IMG/VR virus record: IMGVR_UViG_3300028394_000041
Span: 64,001-128,000 of that record
Source of the DNA: a virus
Strand: one strand, 5' to 3'
Length of the DNA: 64,000 nucleotides
Positions within the stretch are counted from its first letter, which is position 1, and every line of letters starts with the position of its first letter. A model generated the notes under the pieces. The model worked only from the letters and a program-made list of their open reading frames with translations, made no database searches and was not told the origin of the DNA. Below, piece after piece: positions 48,307 to 56,068 of this stretch. Position numbers and translations under genes: made by a program.

Positions 48307-49821
48307 TTATTTGATATCAAATCCCTCTAGACCAAAAGCCTTACTATATTTTTCGCGTAGCGAAGCTTCAGGGGCTGTGGTTGAATTTGGGATTGAAGTT
48401 TTTTCTAATTTAGCATTATCAATAACTTCGTCTACAACTTCGGTTGCAGAAATTTCTGGTGATGCAGAAGCTTTGACTTCTTCTTGGGAAGCCTTAGCTT
48501 TCATAGCATCTTCTTTTGCTTTTTTAGCAGTTTTACTTTTTTCTTTCATTAAAACTGCCATCTTATTTTTATAAGCGGCAAAGGTTTCATCGTTTAAATC
48601 TTTAATATCTGCTGCAAGAACTTGACGATCTTCACTAGATAGGTCAAATTCCTCATCAAAAGAAGCCATACGAATATTAAAGGCTTCTTCGTTTGCTTTA
48701 GCAAGTTTTTCTTCTTCTAATTTAGCAAGAGCAGCTTTTAATTTCTCTAGTTCTTCTTTTACTTTTTCACTTTCGACTGAAAGCGATTCGTATTTTTCTT
48801 GAGTACTTTTAATAGCATTATCTTTTTCATTCTTTTCAGAAACAAAAGTCTCTGAGGCTTTTTTGAGCTCTTCTTGAATGAAATCAGTTATGCTAGAAGC
48901 ACTTGCTTGCTTTAAAAGTTCATCTGTTATTTGATTTATATTTTCTATTTTCATAATTATTCTTTTTATAACTCCTTCTTCTTTTACAGTGTTTTCATCA
49001 TTTTGTGAAGTATTATCTTCATTAATACTAGAAGAATCAGAAAGATCCTCTTTTGATTTAAAATCAATAATAGCTACTTTATCGTCTTGCACAGCCACAC
49101 CTTGAACATCTGCAGCAGGATTAGAGGTTAAGCCTATCCCTAATGGAATAACATCTCCAACAACTTGACGATAAATATATGTGCTATTGTCTACTTTACC
49201 TGAGCCACCTAATGCTTTAAGGTTTTTGCTTAATTTAAGTTTTTCTTTTTCGTCAGATACAAAACTAGCATCTTCTAAATTCTTATTAGCATCTTTTAAA
49301 AGAACTAAATCATATTCATCAAATCCTAGCTCCCAACTTGCACTTACTTTCATATAATTTTCGCTGGAGGGATCATTGCTTTCTTCTATTAAATTTGATA
49401 ATTGAGGATTAATGATTTTCCAAATTACCCCGCCTAAAGTAATATAAAATGGCCCTTTAATATCTTTTACTTCATCTTCTGTTAAGGCTTCATTAGTTCC
49501 AAACTTACTAAAGTTTGCTGTTAATACACAACCAATAACTCTTGATCTATCGTGCTCAATATTAATTGGTTTATTAATAAAATTTTTCAACATTTCTGCT
49601 GCGGTCAGAGAGTTTATAACATCACCATTTTTATTTACTCTATTAACAACACAAGCATCAAATGCAATTGGCAATAGATCTATATTTTTATCTGTGTCAA
49701 TATTTGGCAAAAATTTCTTTAAGCTATTAATAGAGGCTAACGATAAATATTTGTCTTTATCTTCACTAACTATAGGTTTAATTTGAAGATTTGCGAAAGT
49801 TGTTGTATATTTTAAATTCAT
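48307..49821 (-). CDS. prohead protease with C-terminal coiled-coil scaffold
   Basis: NKNGD, FINKPINIEHDRSRVIG, SASWELGF, GLTSNPAADV; E/K-rich coiled-coil C-terminus. Confidence 0.8.
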   Translation of the reverse strand: MNLKYTTTFANLQIKPIVSEDKDKYLSLASINSLKKFLPNIDTDKNIDLLPIAFDACVVNRVNKNGDVINSLTAAEMLKNFINKPINIEHDRSRVIGCVLTANFSKFGTNEALTEDEVKDIKGPFYITLGGVIWKIINPQLSNLIEESNDPSSENYMKVSASWELGFDEYDLVLLKDANKNLEDASFVSDEKEKLKLSKNLKALGGSGKVDNSTYIYRQVVGDVIPLGIGLTSNPAADVQGVAVQDDKVAIIDFKSKEDLSDSSSINEDNTSQNDENTVKEEGVIKRIIMKIENINQITDELLKQASASSITDFIQEELKKASETFVSEKNEKDNAIKSTQEKYESLSVESEKVKEELEKLKAALAKLEEEKLAKANEEAFNIRMASFDEEFDLSSEDRQVLAADIKDLNDETFAAYKNKMAVLMKEKSKTAKKAKEDAMKAKASQEEVKASASPEISATEVVDEVIDNAKLEKTSIPNSTTAPEASLREKYSKAFGLEGFDIK

Positions 49822-49825
49822 AATA

Positions 49826-50422
49826 TTAAATGATAGTATCTAATCCATATATTGATATTCCATCTTCTTCATCATCAAGATAAAGGTCGTCTGGAGATTC
49901 AAAATCAAAATTATTTAAGTTATAATTTTTAATATCCTTATCTGCTTCGTTAAAATCTTCTTCGCTTGGTTCGAAATTTGCTTCTATTATATAATCATTT
50001 TTTGATGCTTTTGCTATATCACTATCAGCTTTGCGATAAGAATCTTTTACTTTTCCTCCGCTCACCATTCTAAGAAAAGTATTTACTCTTGCCATTGACC
50101 AAGAAACTCGTGATTGTCCTGGTCTGTGAGAGGAAGAAAATGCACCTGCACCACGGCGAAATACTTTTTTTAATTGACCAAGTGTGACTTTTTTCTTATT
50201 TTTACTATTATGTTCTTTAACTTTATTTTTAAGAGCGTCTATGATTTTTTTAGAAAATTCTATTGCTTTATCGCTTTTTGATCTAGCGCTACCAGGCTTG
50301 TTTTTAGAAGAGCCTTTTTTTCTTTCGCTAGGTTTAGATGGAGTTTGAGCAGATGACTTTGGACCAGGCCTAGCGGCATCTATAAATTCAAAACCAAAAT
50401 TATTAGGATTGGTAATACTCAT
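49826..50422 (-). CDS. DUF5824-like basic protein (head-associated candidate)
   Basis: LKKVFRRGAGAFSSSHRPG..SWSMARVNTFL; basic N-terminus and acidic C-terminus. Confidence 0.6.
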   Translation of the reverse strand: MSITNPNNFGFEFIDAARPGPKSSAQTPSKPSERKKGSSKNKPGSARSKSDKAIEFSKKIIDALKNKVKEHNSKNKKKVTLGQLKKVFRRGAGAFSSSHRPGQSRVSWSMARVNTFLRMVSGGKVKDSYRKADSDIAKASKNDYIIEANFEPSEEDFNEADKDIKNYNLNNFDFESPDDLYLDDEEDGISIYGLDTII

Positions 50423-50431
50423 CTATATATT

Positions 50432-50437
50432 ATACAC
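50432..50437 (-). promoter_or_regulatory. variant late-promoter motif GTGTAT (leaderless)
   Basis: 9 nt upstream of the ATG at 50422. Confidence 0.55.
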
Positions 50438-50464
50438 TTAACAGGCAAATTAAATCAAATTTAA

Positions 50465-50546
50465 ATTAGCATAACGGATAGAACATTATGCTAATCTTTT
50501 TACCACGTAGGGTCTCATCCGAGCGTACCGTCGCAACGGGCTACAT
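50465..50546 (-). ncRNA. candidate structured RNA (multibranch domain + hairpin, possible loop-loop pseudoknot)
   Basis: GC-rich intergenic island; AUGUAG/CUACGU stem, CCGU-UGCG-ACGG hairpin, a perfect 10-bp hairpin at 50465-50495, and CGGAUG complementary to the loop UAUCCG. Confidence 0.45.
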
Positions 50547-50549
50547 TTT

Positions 50550-52322
50550 TTATAGATATCTGTATCTAAAATTATTATACATTTGTAAAATTTGAATTTG
50601 TGAAAGAGCAACGTTGTATGAATTGGTTACACCAATATCTAAATTGTTAAGGTATCTTTTTCTTTGGAAGGCATATCCTGGTGAGCCTTTTGATCTTCTA
50701 GATTTTCCAAAGCATAAAAAATTATAATTAGATCCAACATTTTCTGAAGTCCAACTTGTGGCTGTTGTGGGGTAAAGTAATCCATTTTTTTTAAGAAATC
50801 CTGGGGCTAATGGAGTTTGATTTAATCTAGCATTTAAAGTTTGTCTATTTGGCGTATCAACATCTTTTCCAGGCCTAATGCAAGGATTAAATTTAAGCAT
50901 TGCTGTGGTTTCTAATTGGCCATTTATATATATTTTATATGTTCCACTTTGTCTTGTAATTGAAAGCATATACATTTCGCCAAATTTATACTTGTAATCT
51001 GTCATAAGAGTAAAATTTCCATAACCAAATTGACTTGTCCATCCGTGTCCAAAACTAAAAACAAAACTAAAAGGTTCAAATTTTGATTTATATGTATTAT
51101 TTCCGTTTATATTATAATAAGGAGATCTATACCCGATATGAATATCTTTATTAACTTCTCCACCAGAAATTCTTGCAAATATTCCTCTTTTTTCTCTAAC
51201 AAGATAATTTGTTGGAGATGTATGAGCTATTGGTCTTTGGAGTTTAATGAATGTATTAAATGTAAAATCTCCATTTATATTAATAAAATAAGCACCATCA
51301 TTTCTTCTTAATTTTAAAAGTGGAGCAACAAGGTCTTGAAGATTTTTTCCTCTCACCTCAGCAGCTCCATTAGTAAGAGTAGCATAAATTAACTCACCAT
51401 ATTTTTTTAAATGCTCAACATCATCATTGTTGTTGTATTTTATATATCTGTATGTGTTGTTGGCAAATTCAGCTTTTCTAGTATTAAATGGTGTTCCTGG
51501 AATCTTTTGTCTAACATCTATATTTGGAAATGTTGGTATTATTCCATCTAATTGATAATTTCTTAATTCTTCTAAAAAAACTGGATCAAGATCTGCTGTG
51601 CCTTCTGTTAGATTTAAATATAATGAAATGTTTGGTGGAGTTTCATTTCCAAGTGCCTCTCCACCATCTGGATTAGTCCAATCTACATCATATTGTGGGT
51701 AACAATTCACAGCATTACCACAATTATTACTTTTTATAAAAATATCAGTATAATCTCTTTGATTTGAATCTCTAATAACCCAAGCTCCAGCACCATTATC
51801 AAAAATCGCCATATCTTCATCATCATCTTTAATGAAATAACGTCTATTATTAACTAAGCTTGGATTTACAGTTTGACTATATATTCCATTAACATAAGAC
51901 AGAGAACATCCTGATACTAAAATTTTATATCTTTCGTTTTGAATTTCTTTTTTATAAAAAATTGGATCAAAAAGAAAAGTAAGGGCATTTTGTGTTACTC
52001 CTGTAGGTGGATAATCAGAGTTTGATTCGTGCCAATTAATTAAATCAAAAGAAGTATATGATATATCATCTATTGATGGTTCATATAGCGTCCAAGCTGA
52101 TGTTTGCCATTGAATATACCTGCCATCTGACCCATTAAATGTTGCAGTTCCACCTGAACTTCTTGTATAAACTCCATTTCCAATTCCTCCTCCAGAAAGA
52201 GTTACTTTGCTAATAAAATTTGGTGGCAAAAGATCTATATATTTTTTTTCAATTAATTTTCCACTTCCACCTTTTGTGGAATTAATTTTACCGCTTCCGC
52301 CTTTGCCTATTTTAATATTCAT
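50550..52322 (-). CDS. mosaic virion protein with C-terminal LamG-like domain
   Basis: KGGSGK x2 at the N-terminus; LSITRQSGTYKIYINGQLE..YNVALSQIQILQMYN. Confidence 0.6.
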   Translation of the reverse strand: MNIKIGKGGSGKINSTKGGSGKLIEKKYIDLLPPNFISKVTLSGGGIGNGVYTRSSGGTATFNGSDGRYIQWQTSAWTLYEPSIDDISYTSFDLINWHESNSDYPPTGVTQNALTFLFDPIFYKKEIQNERYKILVSGCSLSYVNGIYSQTVNPSLVNNRRYFIKDDDEDMAIFDNGAGAWVIRDSNQRDYTDIFIKSNNCGNAVNCYPQYDVDWTNPDGGEALGNETPPNISLYLNLTEGTADLDPVFLEELRNYQLDGIIPTFPNIDVRQKIPGTPFNTRKAEFANNTYRYIKYNNNDDVEHLKKYGELIYATLTNGAAEVRGKNLQDLVAPLLKLRRNDGAYFININGDFTFNTFIKLQRPIAHTSPTNYLVREKRGIFARISGGEVNKDIHIGYRSPYYNINGNNTYKSKFEPFSFVFSFGHGWTSQFGYGNFTLMTDYKYKFGEMYMLSITRQSGTYKIYINGQLETTAMLKFNPCIRPGKDVDTPNRQTLNARLNQTPLAPGFLKKNGLLYPTTATSWTSENVGSNYNFLCFGKSRRSKGSPGYAFQRKRYLNNLDIGVTNSYNVALSQIQILQMYNNFRYRYL

Positions 52323-52468
52323 TTTTTATATAATTCTTTAGAGATATCATCAGCAGAACCCATAGTTGGTGTTTCTGGATATTTTGTAGGCAATTCTCTA
52401 CTATCTAAATTTGGCTCAGAACAAGATATTAATAAAAATAGTGGCAATATTAATAATAGTTTTTTCAT
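52319..52468 (-). CDS. small lipoprotein (49 aa; absent from the ORF track)
   Basis: MKKLLLILPLFLLISC SEPNLDSRELPTKYPETPTMGSADDISKELYKK; lipobox Cys16; ATGA overlap with 52322; GTGTAA 8 nt upstream. Confidence 0.8.
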   Translation of the reverse strand: MKKLLLILPLFLLISCSEPNLDSRELPTKYPETPTMGSADDISKELYKK

Positions 52469-52476
52469 AATAACTA

Positions 52477-52482
52477 TTACAC
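52477..52482 (-). promoter_or_regulatory. GTGTAA late-promoter motif overlapping the endolysin stop codon
   Basis: 8 nt upstream of the ATG at 52468. Confidence 0.55.
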
Positions 52483-53103
52483 GCTTAAAGATTGTTCTAT
52501 TAATTTAGCTTCAGCATCTCGTCTGCGACTCATACCCTTTTCTATGCTTCCACCAATCCATATTCTTTTCATGCTTCTTATTTGGTTGGCTATAAAAGAT
52601 AGAGCTTTTTGATCAAAAGTATTTGTTATTCTCATACCGTCTCTTATTAATTTCATTTCGCGGCGGCGATCACCTTCTAAAGCTGCTCCTCTATTAAATA
52701 CAAGACTAACCAATCCACCTTTGGCATCTTCTGGCATTTTATCAAAGTTAGGAAAAGTATCTTTTGTTAAATTCCAAAACTTAGTTACTGTTTTATTATT
52801 GAAGACTTGCAAAGATAATTCCCAAGGAATAGTTATATCCCTTAATCCTCTAATAAGATTCTTAGCGTTGTATCCTTTGATACCAACTACTTTATATAAT
52901 CTATCAAAGATTTCTTTAGGAAGATCTTTCCAATCTTCGCTAAATTCTGCTTTATTTACATAGCCTAAATCGTAACCAACACCAATTGTAACTCCACTTT
53001 GACCTTCTGGCCAAGCTGGATTTTTTAAAAATTTATTATAATAGTTTTCTCCACCGCCAACTTCAAATTCGAGAATAAGATCTAAGGATTTTTTACTTAA
53101 CAT
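52477..53103 (-). CDS. endolysin (lysozyme fold, pesticin-C/GH24-like)
   Basis: LILEFEVGG, WPEGQSGVTIGVGYDLG, LVSLVFNRG, GMSRRRDAEA. Confidence 0.85.
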   Translation of the reverse strand: MLSKKSLDLILEFEVGGGENYYNKFLKNPAWPEGQSGVTIGVGYDLGYVNKAEFSEDWKDLPKEIFDRLYKVVGIKGYNAKNLIRGLRDITIPWELSLQVFNNKTVTKFWNLTKDTFPNFDKMPEDAKGGLVSLVFNRGAALEGDRRREMKLIRDGMRITNTFDQKALSFIANQIRSMKRIWIGGSIEKGMSRRRDAEAKLIEQSLSV

Positions 53104-53105
53104 AT

Positions 53106-54710
53106 TTATATAGGATAATCTGTTCCATAAAATCTAATTATTTTCCAACCAGTTTTGCACATTACAAAAAATCTATAATAATGATTGTTTACGAATGACG
53201 ATGGTCCAATGCTAGTTATATTAATAGTACCATCTCCAAGATTAGAAATCGAATCAGTATTTATGGTACTTCCATTTTTTGCTCTTATAACAATATAATT
53301 ATAATTAAAATCTACTCCCCCAAGAGAGTTTAATATTGTGGTTGGATCAAGTCCAAGAGATGAGCAACTGCTAGCAAAAGAAGAATAATCAAAAGCTATA
53401 TTATTAAAAGTAACACCATTAGGAGCATCATTTCCTGATATTTCAATTAATTTATTAATATTTTGATATCCACAAGTTGAACGTAATGATATTTTTGCAG
53501 GACTATTATATTTTTCTATAATTGCGCCTACTTCTACAGCTGTTGTTTTGTATGATCTTGGATTAAAATATATGAGTGTCCCTGGATCAATAACTGTATT
53601 AGATCGATCTGTAATAATAGAATTTTGGTCTCTCCATCCTGCAGCTATAAATCCACCAGTTTTTTTATAATAAGAATTTCCATTGAAATAAATTATATCA
53701 GCTGATCCTATAGTATTTGCTGGTGTTAAATCAAAAATTACTCCTAAAGTATTTATTGAACCGCCTTTAAATATATAAATATTATTCGCGTCGTATACTG
53801 TTGATCCGCCATCAATTGAATAAGGCTCTAGCTTGGTTTGATTTTGTTTTTTAATTGAAATTTTTCCTGAGCTAAAATTCTCAAAACCAAAACTTTGTGA
53901 ACCTCCATCAACAGATGAATCTAGTAATAAAACGGGTATACCATCAAAAGTGCTGTTCCAACCAGATTTTGTTGAGTATCTATAAACTTTTAAATTAGGA
54001 TTAACATTGGCAGTAAAAAATATATCTCCACCTGAAGTTGGTGCATTTCCTAAAAAATTAACTCTAGTTAGATTAGAACAACCACCAAACGCATTCTGCC
54101 CAATACTTGTTACGCTGTTGGGAATGGTGATGCTGGTAAGAAATGCTGAATTAGCGAACGCGTAACTCCCAATACTCGTTATACTGTTGGGGATGTTAAT
54201 GCTTGTTAGCTTACTGCTGTTAAATGCCTCACCACCAATACTCGTCACATTATTTGGAATAGTTATGCTTGTGAAACCACAATTATCGAATGTACGATAT
54301 GGGATACTTGTCAATCCATTTCCAATGATAACACTGATTAAGCTTGTGCATCCAAAGAAGACATTTTCTCCAATGCTGGTGACACTATTTGGAATATTAA
54401 TGCTTATTAAACTGATGCAATTAAGGAACGCAGACTCTTCTATGGTTGTTATATTGGCGCTTAGAGTTACTGTAGCTAGATTAGAGCAGCTAGTAAATGC
54501 ATAAGGAGCAATACTAGTTACAGTGCTTGGCATAGTTAGACTAGTTAAGCTAGTACGAGAACTAAATGCGAAGTTACTAATTCTAGTCACACCACTTCCA
54601 ATATCAACACTAGTTAATGTTAAGGTTCTATTATAACTAGATTGACCAATAATTGTATCAGCACTTGTAGTTGATGACCCATTGCTATAATAGAATGTTG
54701 ATAAGGCCAT
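53106..54710 (-). CDS. BspA-type leucine-rich-repeat (LRR_5) protein with additional C-terminal domains
   Basis: About 8 repeats of LTSITIPNSVTSIGxxAFxxC ending in VNFLGNAP. Confidence 0.88.
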   Translation of the reverse strand: MALSTFYYSNGSSTTSADTIIGQSSYNRTLTLTSVDIGSGVTRISNFAFSSRTSLTSLTMPSTVTSIAPYAFTSCSNLATVTLSANITTIEESAFLNCISLISINIPNSVTSIGENVFFGCTSLISVIIGNGLTSIPYRTFDNCGFTSITIPNNVTSIGGEAFNSSKLTSINIPNSITSIGSYAFANSAFLTSITIPNSVTSIGQNAFGGCSNLTRVNFLGNAPTSGGDIFFTANVNPNLKVYRYSTKSGWNSTFDGIPVLLLDSSVDGGSQSFGFENFSSGKISIKKQNQTKLEPYSIDGGSTVYDANNIYIFKGGSINTLGVIFDLTPANTIGSADIIYFNGNSYYKKTGGFIAAGWRDQNSIITDRSNTVIDPGTLIYFNPRSYKTTAVEVGAIIEKYNSPAKISLRSTCGYQNINKLIEISGNDAPNGVTFNNIAFDYSSFASSCSSLGLDPTTILNSLGGVDFNYNYIVIRAKNGSTINTDSISNLGDGTINITSIGPSSFVNNHYYRFFVMCKTGWKIIRFYGTDYPI

Positions 54711-54719
54711 ATTATTATT

Positions 54720-55136
54720 TTAATTATTTATTTTATCTATGGTCTTGTCTAGTATATTATCTTGAGCTACTTTTTCTTTTAGCCAAGAGTTAAGAACTCC
54801 AAAATAAACAAGATGCTCGCTATCAATTAAAAACAATTCATTACCGAAAGTATCCTTATAAGGTTTAATTCCAGAATCTTCATTTAGATCAATTGCTTTT
54901 TCTTTTTTAAATTTAATTCTATACATTTTAATTAAATTATTATATCGTTCGCGCGCTTGGCGAGTAATAAGAGCATCGTCACCAAGGAAAGAAATCAATC
55001 CACCATTGTCTTTATCATATTGTTTTGGCGTTGTAGCATCATAAGAAGATTTATCATCTTGTATTTTATTAGGGGTGACCGTAGCACAACCAATAAAAAG
55101 AAAATTAAGAGCTAATATGCTTGCGAGCTTCTTCAA
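54720..55136 (-). CDS. lipoprotein, candidate o-spanin
   Basis: Lipobox FIGC (Cys17); overlaps the 3' end of 55105-55305; lysis context. Confidence 0.6.
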   Translation of the reverse strand: MKKLASILALNFLFIGCATVTPNKIQDDKSSYDATTPKQYDKDNGGLISFLGDDALITRQARERYNNLIKMYRIKFKKEKAIDLNEDSGIKPYKDTFGNELFLIDSEHLVYFGVLNSWLKEKVAQDNILDKTIDKINN

Positions 55137-55305
55137 GATCTTTGTCCTTTACTGCATTTTCAATTCCACTTTGATGATCAACTTCTTTTTGAGCTTCTTG
55201 ACGATCTTTCATTTCTTTTGTGTTCTTTGCTCCGAACACATTATTGATCGCTGCGAATATTCCAGATACTGCTGATAGTAAAGCTTGGATTATTCCAGTT
55301 GGCAT
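55105..55305 (-). CDS. small membrane protein, candidate i-spanin
   Basis: N-terminal hydrophobic helix and charged helical tail; 32-nt overlap with the downstream lipoprotein. Confidence 0.5.
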   Translation of the reverse strand: MPTGIIQALLSAVSGIFAAINNVFGAKNTKEMKDRQEAQKEVDHQSGIENAVKDKDLEEARKHISS

Positions 55306-55308
55306 ATA

Positions 55309-55758
55309 TTACTCAACGTAACTTGCTGTGGCATCTTTACAACCAGATGCAATAGCATTTAATACTTTAATAGCGAGAGCACCATTTCCATCAACTCTAG
55401 CAAATTGCACAGCATACATATCTTTGATTGCACTAACGTAATTTACCCAATGAGTTTTTTCAACAGGAAGATAATCTGTAAGAGCTTTTTGAAGTTGATC
55501 AGGGGTTGGAGCAGATCATAATGTTAAAGATTCAACAATAACTGCAACATGATTAATCATCTTAGCTTTTTCAATTCTATCATTTCCAGAAGTTGCTTGG
55601 TCAAGAACAACTGTGCAAGCTAATATTACCGCTGGTTTAATATAAGGAAGAGCATTTTCAACACTTGCTGGTGCGTCAATTTTACCAGTTTGAGTTGTAG
55701 CACAAGCTCCAAGAAATACGCTCAAAAGAGCAACGGCGGCTAATTGTAATTTATTCAT
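55309..55758 (-). pseudogene. 149-codon lipoprotein gene interrupted by an in-frame TGA at 55516-55518 (nonsense allele, readthrough or sequence error)
   Basis: Lipobox LGAC (Cys19). After the TGA the frame continues for 68 sense codons (SAPTPDQLQK..DATASYVE) to a TAA that ends 3 nt before the next ATG. Confidence 0.75.
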
Positions 55759-56036
55759 ATATTTTCTCCAGTTCTTTTTTCTGCTTCGATTGTTTGAGCT
55801 ACTGTTCCACCAGTAACTGCTGCATCTTTTACTGTTAATGCAAAAACTATACCAGAAACAACAGCAATTAATTTCGAAATTCCAATAATATAAACTTCTG
55901 CTATGTCTGGAAGAAATGCTACCAAGGTAGGATCAGAATGAATTGCTATTGCGGTAGTAATTGCTATTACTGTGGTAACTCCAGAAGTGGAAGATCTCCA
56001 ATTGGGGCCAAAGATTTTAGATAGCATAGCTTTCAT
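55755..56036 (-). CDS. putative holin
   Basis: 93 aa, two hydrophobic helices, NWRSSTSG..VKDA; first gene of the lysis cassette. Confidence 0.65.
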   Translation of the reverse strand: MKAMLSKIFGPNWRSSTSGVTTVIAITTAIAIHSDPTLVAFLPDIAEVYIIGISKLIAVVSGIVFALTVKDAAVTGGTVAQTIEAEKRTGENI

Positions 56037-56042
56037 AATATA

Positions 56043-56048
56043 TTACAC
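56043..56048 (-). promoter_or_regulatory. GTGTAA late-promoter motif (leaderless)
   Basis: 6 nt upstream of the ATG at 56036. Confidence 0.65.
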
Positions 56049-56068
56049 TATATTATATGTGTTAAAAA

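Noticed and set aside
50500-50530. Hammerhead ribozyme (CGGAUGA resembles CUGAUGA)
   Set aside because: The conserved U is missing and no C-GAAA follows the putative stem II.
55516-55518. Genome-wide TGA recoding (code 4 or 25)
   Set aside because: TGA terminates many clearly complete genes, often in ATGA overlaps, and only one gene is interrupted.
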